Below are positions 47,551-57,700 of a DNA stretch of 64,000 nt, in pieces. The notes under the pieces are model-generated. The model was not told the origin of the DNA, ran no database searches, and saw only the letters and a list, made by a program, of their open reading frames with translations. Source of the stretch: Planctomycetota bacterium (GTDB lineage: Bacteria > Planctomycetota > UBA8108 > SXIK01). Position 1 is the stretch's first letter. Every line of letters starts with the position of its first letter. The stretch covers positions 6,304,001 through 6,368,000 of the forward strand of contig CBDCXR010000004.1 in the NCBI GenBank assembly GCA_965223845.1. The letters run 5' to 3'. Position numbers and translations under genes: made by a program.

Positions 47551-50016
47551 TCAGTCGTCGCAAAGAAGCCCGTCGGCAGTTGGATCGAACCCTTCGTCGT
47601 GGGGCGGGGGGAGTCCCGGCCCGTCGGCGGCGAAGAGGTTGAGCAACTTCCGAAGCGCATCTGAGATATCGACGACACCGTCGTCGTTCGCGTCGGCCGC
47701 GTCGTTGCAGAAGGGGCCCTGCTGTGACTGGAAGAGACGCCCGAGCGTCGCGAGAACGTCGGCGATGTTCACGGCGCGGTCCCGATTCGAATCGCCGCGG
47801 CGGAACCGGAAGTCCGCGAGATCGAGAACGACCTCTTCTTCGCCGCAGTGTTCGGCGAGACGATCCTCACACTGCATGAGGAAATCTTCGGCACGTGAAC
47901 GGCAGCGCTCTTCGTCACCGCCGGCGGCGACGCAGCGGTCGAACACCGCCGCGGCACCCTCGGTGCAGTCGAAGTCGCAGGGATGCGGCGGCTCCGGCTC
48001 TTCGCACCGCTCGGCGCACCGCGCGAGGAACTCGGCCGTCGCGGCCTCGCACTCCTCATCGGTGCCGCCCTCTTCGGCGCAGTGAGCCCGGAACGCTTCT
48101 CCGGCGCGCGCGCAGCGCTCTTCGCAGGTCGGCGGTTCGGGATCGCCGGGATCGTCGTCGCAGTGCGCGAGGCAGGCTTCGAGCCGCTCGTTGACGAGGT
48201 TCCGGCAGCGGCGCTCGGCCATTCGAAGACACTCGTCTCGGTCGCCGCCGTTCTCAACGCATTCCTTTACCGCATCCTCGGCGACGTCGCGGCAGCGCGC
48301 GAGCTCGAGGCGGGCGCGATGCGCACAGCGGTGCTCGCACGGCTCGGGCCGCACGCAGTTCGTGCTCACGCACTCGCGGAGGACGTGGAGGGCGCGTCGG
48401 CGACACTCGGACGGTTCGTGTCCCGACGAGGTGCACTCGGAGAACACCTCCCGAGCGACGCGCTGGCACCGGTGCACGCAGCGGTGACGCGCACCGTGCT
48501 CGCAGTGGTGGAGGCAGCGCTCGAGAACCGAGCGGCCGCGCGCCGCGCAGCGTTCGGGATCGCCGCCGTTCTCGATGCAGAGCTCGACGTAGTGACGCGC
48601 CCGTCGCTCGCAGCGTTCGCCGCACGTCGGGGGCTCGGTTGGCGGTTCGTCGCACGCCTCGCGGCAAGCGGCGACCACGGCTCTCGCCCGCTCCGCGCAT
48701 TCTTCGTCGACGGTGCCGTCGTCTCGCGTGCACTCGAGTGCGAGTCTTTCGGCGAGTCGATCGCAGCGCTCGTCGCAGCTCGGTGGCTCGGGGTTTTCGC
48801 ACGCGTGGCGGCACCGGCGGTAAAAGTGACGCGCCTTCATCGCGCACTCGTCGGGTTCGCCGCCGTCGGCGATGCACTTCTCGAGGATTTCGCGCGCCGC
48901 GTTGCCGCATCGCAAGTCGCAGGGTCGCGGCGGGTGATCGCAGTTCGACGAGCACTCCTCGAGGATTTCGCCGGCCTTCTCTCGGCATTCGGCGGGCTCG
49001 CCGCCGTCCTCGATGCACGCCGCGAAGAAACGGCGCGCGCGATGGCGGCAGGCCTCGTCGCACGACGGCGGTTCATTCGGGTCGCAACCCTCGATGCAGT
49101 GCTTGAGGAGCTCGCGTCCCCGCTCGGCGCACGTATCCGGTTCGCCACCTTCTTCGACGCACTTCGCGACGAAGTTTCGGACGCGGATGATGCAGTGCTC
49201 TTCGCAGGTCGGCGGCGGTGGTTCGCCGTTGCACCGGCGAAGGCAACCTTCGAGGACGGTTTCGTAGACGGCGGCGCACTCTTCGTCCGTGCCGCCCGCC
49301 GTCGCGCAGCGCTCGCGCGCTTCGGCGGCGATTTCGGTGCAGCGGGCGTCGCAGTCGATCGGCGGAGGCGGATCGCTGCAGAGCTTCACGCACTCTTCGA
49401 GCGAAGGAGCGAGGCGCTCGCGGCAGCGCTCGAGCTCTCCGCCCGCCCGGACGCAGCGCCGCACGGCTTCTTCGAAAGCCTGCCGGCACGCGTCTTCGCA
49501 GCTCGGCGGTTCGTCCCGGCACTCGGGGAGGCACGCTTCGAGCGTCTCGGTGTAGATCCTGCGGCAGCGCTCGGCCGAACCGCCGGCTTCGCGGCACTCG
49601 GCGGCCGCGCGGGCCGCGGCGTCGTAGCAGCGCTCCTTGCACGTCCGCGTGTCGCAGTGATCGGAGCACGCGGCGAGGGTCGCGTTGTAGATCTCGGCGC
49701 ACTGATCTTCCGTGCCGCCGTCCTCGGCGCAGGCTGCGCGCGCCGCTTCGGCGCGCGCTTCGCACACCGCCTTACAGTCGATCGGAACCGGGTCCGGGTC
49801 GGGCTCCCCGGTAGCATCGAGGCAGCGCGCGAGAAGTTCTTCTGCGGCCGCTCTGCACTCGTCTTCCGCGCCACCGTCGGCGACGCAGTGCTCGAAGCGC
49901 TCGTCGGCGAGCTGCGCGCAGCGTTCCGGGTCGATGACGACGTTCCAGTCGGCTCTCGCCGCGGTCGTGAGACCGCCGAGAAAGAGCGCGACGAGGCAAC
50001 AACTCAATCGTTTCAT
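47551..50016 (-). CDS. Secreted cysteine-rich tandem repeat protein with dockerin-like C-terminal domain
   Basis: Signal MKRLSCCLVALFLGGLTTAARA, 13 full plus 1 partial six-Cys repeats, and an FRRGDSNRDRAVNIADV...DANDDGVVDISDA tail. GGAG RBS before the ATG at 50016. Confidence 0.9.
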   Translation of the reverse strand: MKRLSCCLVALFLGGLTTAARADWNVVIDPERCAQLADERFEHCVADGGAEDECRAAAEELLARCLDATGEPDPDPVPIDCKAVCEARAEAARAACAEDGGTEDQCAEIYNATLAACSDHCDTRTCKERCYDAAARAAAECREAGGSAERCRRIYTETLEACLPECRDEPPSCEDACRQAFEEAVRRCVRAGGELERCRERLAPSLEECVKLCSDPPPPIDCDARCTEIAAEARERCATAGGTDEECAAVYETVLEGCLRRCNGEPPPPTCEEHCIIRVRNFVAKCVEEGGEPDTCAERGRELLKHCIEGCDPNEPPSCDEACRHRARRFFAACIEDGGEPAECREKAGEILEECSSNCDHPPRPCDLRCGNAAREILEKCIADGGEPDECAMKARHFYRRCRHACENPEPPSCDERCDRLAERLALECTRDDGTVDEECAERARAVVAACREACDEPPTEPPTCGERCERRARHYVELCIENGGDPERCAARGRSVLERCLHHCEHGARHRCVHRCQRVAREVFSECTSSGHEPSECRRRALHVLRECVSTNCVRPEPCEHRCAHRARLELARCRDVAEDAVKECVENGGDRDECLRMAERRCRNLVNERLEACLAHCDDDPGDPEPPTCEERCARAGEAFRAHCAEEGGTDEECEAATAEFLARCAERCEEPEPPHPCDFDCTEGAAAVFDRCVAAGGDEERCRSRAEDFLMQCEDRLAEHCGEEEVVLDLADFRFRRGDSNRDRAVNIADVLATLGRLFQSQQGPFCNDAADANDDGVVDISDALRKLLNLFAADGPGLPPPHDEGFDPTADGLLCDD

Positions 50017-50562
50017 GGTGTTTGTCTCCGAAGGAATTCCTACCGCGCGTACGCGTGCAGCGTGCAGCGGGCGCGGCGGCTGATTCGCCGAGAGGGCGTC
50101 GGACCACCCGTGCGGCTTACCGCCTGGTTCCTGTCTTCCCGATACTCCAAGTCGTTCGTTCAGTCCGCGGCCCGGTCGGCACTCTCCGCGCTGAGAGGAC
50201 GCCGCGCTCCGTACGGCGATCGCGCCGCGCCGGAGCGTCCCGATCTGAGTTGCGAGCAACCGAGTCGACACTCGGCGGGAAGAAGCTGCTCGTCCGTTCC
50301 GCGTCGGCTCTCCGCCCCCAGACGGGCGATTTCCGACGCGCGGATCCGGCGTTCCAGACGTCCGCCGCGATCCGGGATGATCCCCAGACTTAAAACCCAG
50401 ACTGAGTCCTTATTACACCCCGGCGGACGCGGTTCGTCTACGCCATCCTGCGCGAGAACTCGCGCCGGACTGCGGAATCACCGGTCCGCGACCGGGCATG
50501 GGCGAACCAAGGTGAGGGCTCGTCCGGGCGATGTACGGTCTCCCGGGCCCCCCGCGCGACGA

Positions 50563-51729
50563 CTATTCGGTCTTCGCGGACTTCGCCTGGTGAATCACGC
50601 CGTAGAGGTCGCTCTTGTCGAGCCGGCTGAGCATGTCCTTGATCGTCCCGCCGGTCTCGTAGTTGCGGATGGCTCGCGCGAGATACGGCGCGACATCGAG
50701 CACCGTGACTTTGCGCTGGAGCAGCGCGCTCGCCTCGACGCGCGCGACGACGTCCGGACGCGTATTCCCGACGATGAGCTCGTCGAGCTCGGACTCGGCG
50801 AGGCGTTCGTCGAACGTGCCGAGCTTCGAGTCGTGCCCGAAGAAGTGAGCGACGACACCGACGACGCGCTTCGCTCCGGCCTTTTTCGCCTCGGCCGCCG
50901 CCTGAAACATCGTCGTTCCCGAGCGCATCATGTCATCGAAGATGATGCCGACTCGCCCTTCGACGTCGCCGACGAAGTCGAGGATCTCCTTCTGGTCGAT
51001 CGCGCCGCGCACGCGGAGCTGGTGGACCGAGGCCTGCCCGGCGATGAGCTCGTTATCGAGATTCTTGTGCAGCTCTTCGCGCGCCCGGACTCCGCCATCG
51101 TCGGGGGCGACGAGGACGAGGTTCTGCCCGAGATGGCCGAAGCGCTCGCGGAGATAGTCGCCGAGGATCGGCGACATCTTCAGGTGATCGAAGCTGTCGA
51201 ACGCGATCTCGATCTGCTCGGCGTGGAGCTCGACGACGATGATGTGATCCATCCCGCGGCGGATGAGGTCGTCCGCGACGTCGCGAACGGTGATCGGCTC
51301 GCGGCGAGCGTGCGTCTTGTCCTGCGCCTGATACCAAAGGCACGGAGCGACGAGGTTGATCGACGCGACCTTGCACGTCCGGCGGAGCGTTGCGACGAAC
51401 TTGCAGGTGTTCGCGAGGGAGACGTCGGGATCCTCACCGTCTCCCATCGTCGCGATCACGTAGACGTGCTTCCCGCGAAGATTCTCGTAGATGACGGTCT
51501 TCTTCTCGCCGTCGCCGAAGCTGAGGAGCTCGGCGTGGACGAGCGTCTTCCCGAGCTGCCGCGCGATCGCCTGCGCGAGCGGGTCGTCCGGGCGCACCGA
51601 AATGAGCGCGAAGGACTCGCGAAAGTTGCGATCGTTCGCCTTCTTCAGCTCGTCGCGAACGGCGTCCGCGATGATTCGGTCGAGCCAGGACCGGAATTGG
51701 GGATCTTCTTTCAATTCCTCAAAGCTCAT
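50563..51729 (-). CDS. prs: Ribose-phosphate pyrophosphokinase (divergent, N-terminal extension)
   Basis: FGDGE, ENLRGKHVY, ELHAEQI, VAPDDGG and GDVEGRVGIIFDDMMRSGTTM. Confidence 0.85.
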   Translation of the reverse strand: MSFEELKEDPQFRSWLDRIIADAVRDELKKANDRNFRESFALISVRPDDPLAQAIARQLGKTLVHAELLSFGDGEKKTVIYENLRGKHVYVIATMGDGEDPDVSLANTCKFVATLRRTCKVASINLVAPCLWYQAQDKTHARREPITVRDVADDLIRRGMDHIIVVELHAEQIEIAFDSFDHLKMSPILGDYLRERFGHLGQNLVLVAPDDGGVRAREELHKNLDNELIAGQASVHQLRVRGAIDQKEILDFVGDVEGRVGIIFDDMMRSGTTMFQAAAEAKKAGAKRVVGVVAHFFGHDSKLGTFDERLAESELDELIVGNTRPDVVARVEASALLQRKVTVLDVAPYLARAIRNYETGGTIKDMLSRLDKSDLYGVIHQAKSAKTE

Positions 51730-51990
51730 CGCTGGCTCGCGGTGCGACTCGATCGGTGCGATTCGATCCGGAGGCGTCCAGACGAGCGCCCTCCGGGCGA
51801 GGCGAACGGTACGTTATCAGGTTCGCCAAACGGGACAAGGAAAAAGCTCGACCCCTCCACGGGGTGCCGAGCGTGCGTGCGCGAGGCCATCGGACACCGG
51901 CGCTCTCGGCCTCGACGCCGCTCGATTTCGTGACCCTCGGCCGCGACCGGACCGGGGTTCGGCAGCGTCGTTTCGGTCCGCCCGTCCGCG

Positions 51991-53022
51991 TTAGAGCGGT
52001 TTTCCCCGCGGATCGTAGACGCCCCGCGCGAGGGTCTCCGAGATGGCCTTTTCGTTGTCTTCGATTCGACGGTTGCCGTCAGCGTCGCCGGCGCTTGTCG
52101 CCGTGCCCGGCGGGTAGTAGGAGCGCGAGTAGACGGGGTAGGCCTCGGTGCGGAGATGCGCGAGCGGGTTGTGCCCGCGCCGCCGCTCGCGCGCTTCGCG
52201 CACGGCGCCGAGATCGATCTCCGCGACGACGATCTTCTCGCCGGGGCCGGGGTCCGCCTGCGTGAGAATGCGACCGTCGTAGTCGACGATCATGCTGCCG
52301 CCCGGCCACGAAAAAGGCGGGTAGTTCTCGAGTCGAGCACCCTGGTTCGACGCGACGACGTACGCGAGATTTTCGAGTGCGCGGCAGCGATTGACGACCG
52401 TCCACCAGTCCATCGGCGAGGTGGCGCCCCACGGATCCATGTAGGCCGAGGTGCGAATCAGAACCTCCGCGCCGTTGGCGACGAGCTGGCGGAGCACCTC
52501 GGGGTAGAGCCAGTCGTAGCAGATCGCGACGCCGAGTCGGCCGATCTCCGTGTCCGCGACCGGGAACAGCTCGGCATCGTAGTTCGGAACATCGTGAGGG
52601 CTCGCGTGCACCTCCCAGGGGATCCAGGGATTCACCTTGCGGTAGCGCGTGAGGATCCCGTCGGGGCCGATGAGACAGGTCGTGTTGAAGACGGCGCCCG
52701 GCCAGGCCTCGTCGACCTCGAGAAAGGTTCCGGTCTGGATGTAGACGCCGTGCTCCTTCGCCTTCTTCACGTACCGATCGGTGTGCTCGTTCGGGATCGG
52801 GACCGCGAGGCTCGCGCGCAGCTCGGCGGCCGTGAAGTGAATCGGCGCGGCGTGCGCAAACTCGGGGAAGACGACGAGACGCACGGGGAAAAACGGCGAG
52901 TAGCCGCCGACCGCGCCGTCGATCATCTCGAGCATGCGGTCGACGCGACTCGCGATCTCAGCGCGACTGCGTGGGCAGGGAAAGTCGGTCTGACAGGCGG
53001 CGACGCCGAAGCGGTTGGACAT
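51991..53022 (-). CDS. Nitrilase/carbon-nitrogen hydrolase family protein
   Basis: Glu-Lys-Cys triad motifs LVVFPE, RYRKV and AICYD, plus GGSMIVD. Confidence 0.92.
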   Translation of the reverse strand: MSNRFGVAACQTDFPCPRSRAEIASRVDRMLEMIDGAVGGYSPFFPVRLVVFPEFAHAAPIHFTAAELRASLAVPIPNEHTDRYVKKAKEHGVYIQTGTFLEVDEAWPGAVFNTTCLIGPDGILTRYRKVNPWIPWEVHASPHDVPNYDAELFPVADTEIGRLGVAICYDWLYPEVLRQLVANGAEVLIRTSAYMDPWGATSPMDWWTVVNRCRALENLAYVVASNQGARLENYPPFSWPGGSMIVDYDGRILTQADPGPGEKIVVAEIDLGAVREARERRRGHNPLAHLRTEAYPVYSRSYYPPGTATSAGDADGNRRIEDNEKAISETLARGVYDPRGKPL

Positions 53023-53312
53023 GATTCAAAAGGCGGGCCGAAGGCTCGCTCGTCGGGGTGAAGCCGGCGCGGGTTCGCCGTGCCGGCGAGGAGGCTTCGC
53101 TAAAGCCCTCTCGAAAGGAAAGCCAATCTATGAGCTCGCGCGACGCGTCTCTTCCGAGGCTGGCGTTCGAGTGTACGAACTCGATGACAGCCCCGGAGGA
53201 TCCGAGTCGATGGTGCGGTCGGTCGTGGTGGAGCGAGTCGCGAGCAACTCGTATCATACCCGTAGGAGACGTTGCGATCTTTCCCTCGACAAACTCGACT
53301 GCGAACACCGTC

Positions 53313-54401
53313 GTGCGTTCTCGATCTCTATTCCTAGGACTCTGCTGCGTCGGCGGCCTCGTCGTGCGCTTCCTCGGCGCGCAGGGGCCCGTCTCGACCG
53401 CCCACGCCGCCGAGCGGCGGGACCGGCGGCAGGTGGAGATTACGAGTGAGCTTCGGCTCACCGTCGAGCGCGGCTTTCGGTACCTTCTCCGCCAGCAGAC
53501 CGCGGCGGGCGATTTCGACGACGAGTTTCCCGTCGCGATCAACGCGCTCGCCGGGATCGCGTTTCTCTCGGGGGGGTACACAGAGCGCCTCGGACCGCCG
53601 CGCTACACCGAAGCCCTCCGGCGAACGACGGAGGCCATTCTTCGCCGACAGACAGACGCTGGGTATTTCGACGACGGCGAGAGCCGCATGTACGGGCACG
53701 GATTCGCGACGCTCTTCCTCGCGGAGCTCTACGGCACGCGCGGCACCGAAGAGGAGAAGCGACTCGAAACTGCGCTTCGAAAAGCGGTACGGCTCATCGA
53801 AATGTCCCAGGGTCGTGACGGCGGCTGGGACTACTGTCCGCTCGAGGACTGCGACGGAAAGTCCGGCGGAAGCGATACGTCCATCACCGTGTGCCAAACG
53901 ATGGCGCTTCGCGCCGCGAGAAACCTCGGAATCGTCGTCGACGCGGGCGTCGTGCGGCGCGCCGGAAAGTTCGTCGCGCGCGCGCAGAACAGCGACGGCG
54001 GGTTTCGCTACCGCATGGAGAACGATCTCCCCTACATGTTCCGGACAAGCCTCTTTCCGCGGTCGGCCGCCGGCGTGTGCATCATGTACAGTCTCGGCGA
54101 CTACAACTCGAGCGCCGTGCGGCGAGGGTTCGACTACCTCGAACAGGAATACCGAAAGTCGACATACTTTCCGTACTACGCGCACTACTACTGCGCGCAG
54201 GCGATGCTCCAGGCCGGTGGACGCCGCTGGCGGGAGTACTTCGCTTTCGTGCGGCAGCAGCTGATTTCCGAACAGACGCGCGAAGGCGGCTGGCGAAGCC
54301 ACGGTACGAATCGCGAGCGAGAGAACGACAATCAAGCGACGGCGATGGCGCTCATCGTTCTCCAGCTCCCGTATCGATTCCTTCCGATCCTCGAGCGCTA
54401 G
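53313..54401 (+). CDS. Exported prenyltransferase/squalene-oxidase repeat protein (start uncertain)
   Basis: QxxxGGW-type repeats (QGRDGGWDY, QNSDGGFRY, QTREGGW) and MYGHGFATLFLAE. A signal-like segment follows the GTG at 53313. Confidence 0.85.
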   Translation: MRSRSLFLGLCCVGGLVVRFLGAQGPVSTAHAAERRDRRQVEITSELRLTVERGFRYLLRQQTAAGDFDDEFPVAINALAGIAFLSGGYTERLGPPRYTEALRRTTEAILRRQTDAGYFDDGESRMYGHGFATLFLAELYGTRGTEEEKRLETALRKAVRLIEMSQGRDGGWDYCPLEDCDGKSGGSDTSITVCQTMALRAARNLGIVVDAGVVRRAGKFVARAQNSDGGFRYRMENDLPYMFRTSLFPRSAAGVCIMYSLGDYNSSAVRRGFDYLEQEYRKSTYFPYYAHYYCAQAMLQAGGRRWREYFAFVRQQLISEQTREGGWRSHGTNRERENDNQATAMALIVLQLPYRFLPILER

Positions 54402-54780
54402 GCGCCCGTTCGCGCATCGGATCCGGAGACGAATCGACGCTCCCGGGGCGGGTCCGTCGCCGAAGATCCTCGACGACTCTCCGGGATCATCGCCCGCTCG
54501 CTTTGCGCTCGCGCCTGAAGATTCGCGCGAGCGCATCATCCCCGCGCGGTTTCCGTCCGGGTCGCGAATCGAGCCCCGTGCCCACGCGGACGAGGTGCGA
54601 GCCGTTATCGGTCGGGTGAGGGTGAAGTCCTTATCGGCGGTCGAGCCCTCTTCTTCCGCCGAGATCAACGGCCGGAGGAACGTGGCGTCCGAAGAAGACG
54701 ACGGATCCCCATCTCTCTCCCCCCGAGATGGCCCTCACCCCCCACCCCTCCCCACCCTCGCGCCGAGACCGCCCGATCTC

Positions 54781-57700
54781 ATGAGTTCACGTCGACCCCG
54801 GCGAACTCCTCGCTATCGTCTCGAGGAGCTCGAGCCGCGCATTCTTCTTTCCGCTGATCCGCTCGCGGCGACGGATTCCGGACCCGAAGCAGACATTCTC
54901 GAAGACGCCGCGATTTCGGCGACGGTAGACGTTCGCCCGGAGTCGTCGCCGAACCGGAGCGATCCCGATGGGTCGGTCGACTCGACGCAGCAGGGAACGC
55001 CTGCGCCGCGCATCGATCCCACGGCGCTCCCGCTCGCGTTCGAGGAAAACGTCGGCCAGGTCGCGGCGGAGGTCGATTTCGTCGCCCGGGGGAGCGGTTA
55101 CGCCGTGTTCCTCGCCGACGCCGACGCCGTCTTTCGCTTCGACCACGGTCAGACGGAGAGCTCTTCGATCCGACTCGAGATCGTCGGCCGGAACGAGGGC
55201 ACGGCGAGCCGGGGGGAATCGCCGCTCGGGGGAAAGAGCAACTACTTCGGCGGCAGCGACCCGCGCGAGTGGCTCACCGGGATCGACCAGTTCGCGAGCG
55301 TTCGCTACGACGAGGTCTACGCGGGGATCGACGTAAGGTACTACGGGAATCAACGACAGCTCGAATACGACTTCATCATTGCGGCGGGGGGAGACCCGAA
55401 CGCGATCGCGCTGCGGATTGCCGGCGCCGAGGAAGTCAGCGTCGATGCCGCTGGCGCGCTTCGCATCGACATGGGCGCGGGTCACGCCCCGATTCATTTC
55501 AACGCCCCGTTTGCGTACCAAACGGACGCGAACGGCGCGCAGAGCGCCGTGGCCGCGGAGTATTCACTGCGCGCGGACGGCACGGTGGGATTCGAGGTCG
55601 GGGCGTACGACACCGACCGGGAGCTGGTGATCGATCCCCTCCTCGAATGGGCGACGTACCTCGGGGGCACGGGAGTCGACGACGCGAGCAAGGTCGAGGT
55701 CGACGCGGCGGGGAATCTCTATCTCGCGGGCCACACGCAATCGCTCGACTTTCCCGGCTCGGAGGTGGGGACCGGGCTCGCGAAGTCCGCCGCGGACACG
55801 GACGCGTTCGTCGTCAAGCTGACGAGCGACGGGACGGGAACGATCTACTCGTCCTTCCTCGCTGGATCCGGCAACGAGCGCGTCACCGATCTCGCGGTCG
55901 ATGCGGCGGGGAACGCGTACGTCGTCGGAGACACGGCCTCGATCGACTTTGCGACGACCGCGAACGCCTACGATACGACGTACAACAACAGCGATGCGTT
56001 CGTCGTGAAGCTGAATGCGGACGGCAACACGCTTCTCTACTCGACATTTCTCGGGGGGTCCGGAGCGAACGACGCGGCGAACGGGCTTGCGCTGGACGCG
56101 TCGGGCAACATCTACGTCACCGGTCGTACGGACTCGCCGGATTCCGGAAACCCAGCGAACCAGTTTCCCATCACCGGCGGAGCCTACGACGGCACCCTGG
56201 GTGGAAGCACCGACGCGTACGTCGCGAAATTCGATCCGGCGCAATCGGGTGGAGCCTCGCTCGTCTACTCGACCTTTTTTGGCGGCAGTTCCGGGGAAGA
56301 GGGGACGGACATCGCGGTCGACACCTCTGGACGTGCCCACATCACCGGGTTTACGACCTCGACGGATCTCGACACGACGGCGAGCGCGTACGACTCTGCG
56401 CTCGGCGGGAGCATCGACACCTTCCTCGCACGGTTCGATGCGAGCGGCGGGATCCTCGAATACTCGACGTACTTCGGCGGCGCGCTCGGAATCGACGAAG
56501 TCGCCGCGGCGATCGCTCTAGACCCGAACGGTCTCGTGTACGTCGCCGGTCGCACCGACGCGTCCGATTTCCCGACGACCGCGGGTGCCGCCGACGTCAC
56601 GTTCGCCGGCAGCCGAGACGTCTACGTGGCCAAGTTCGATCTCACGGAGTCGGGAGCGAACGCGCTTCTCTACGCGACGTTTGTCGGGGGAACGGGATAT
56701 GACATCGCTCAGGATGTCGCGATCGACACGAACGGGAACGCGTGGGTCGTCGGTGAGACGAGGTCGACGGATCTCGCGGTGACGGCCAATGCGCACGACG
56801 GCGTGTTTAGCGGAGGACTCAACGACGCGTTCGTCGCGGCGATCTCCACCGACGGGTCGCTGATGCCGTACCTCAGCTATCTCGGTGGCGGAGGCGATGA
56901 CGTGGCCCACGGCGTCGCGGTGGACACCGTCGGCAACGTCTTTGTGGCGGGCGCCGCCGGCGGCAGCTTCGACAACGTGCCCGCGCCGAACTCGATCGGA
57001 CCGACGGGCAGTACCGACGCGTTCTTGGTAAAGCTCGACGCGAATTTCGCGCCGGCGCTCGACCTCGACGCGAACGACTCTTCCGGCGCCGGAGGGGTCG
57101 ACTTCGCGGCGACGTTCACCGAAGGCGGAGGTCCCGTAGCGATCTCGGACTCGGATGCGATTCTTTCGGACGCCGACAACGTCGTACTTCACTCGCTGAC
57201 GGTAGAGATCGGCAACGCGTTCGACGGCGCCGCGGAGATCCTCTCGGCGGACACGAGCGGGACGTCGATCGCGCTCAGCTACGACGCGACTACCCACCGT
57301 CTCACGCTATCGGGCGCCGACAGCACGGCCAACTACCAGCAGGTCCTGCGAACGGTCGCCTACGAGAACACGTCCTCCGTTTCGAACGACACCGCGCGTT
57401 CGATTACGTTCGTGGTGAGCGACGGTCTCGCTTCGAGTACCGTGGCCACGGCGACGGTCGCGATCGCGGCGACGAACGATCCGCCCGTGAACACCGTGCC
57501 CGGGCCCCAGGTCACGGCACAAGACACTCCGCTTACGTTCTCGAATGCGAATTCCAACGCGCTCTCCGTCGCCGACGATTCGGGCGCCGGCATCATCGAG
57601 CTCACGCTCAGCGTGAACGACGGCACGTTGACACTACCGTCGATTCCTGCGGCCGGTCCCGTCGGCCGCGCGAACACCGAGACGACGAATGTTCAGGACT

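Noticed and set aside
47845-49920. Cys repeats as heme-binding or Fe-S motifs
   Set aside because: Spacing is CxxxC, with no CxxCH or ferredoxin pattern. The Sec signal favours disulfides.
50025-50180. Partial resemblance to a ydaO/c-di-AMP riboswitch (GGAACCA...GGCGAATC on the minus strand)
   Set aside because: The conserved 3' half is missing. An Rfam scan would be needed to support it.
47983-51933. 1316-aa plus-strand ORF
   Set aside because: Antisense shadow of the Cys-repeat and prs genes. It is Ala/Arg-rich with no motifs, as expected in high-GC DNA.
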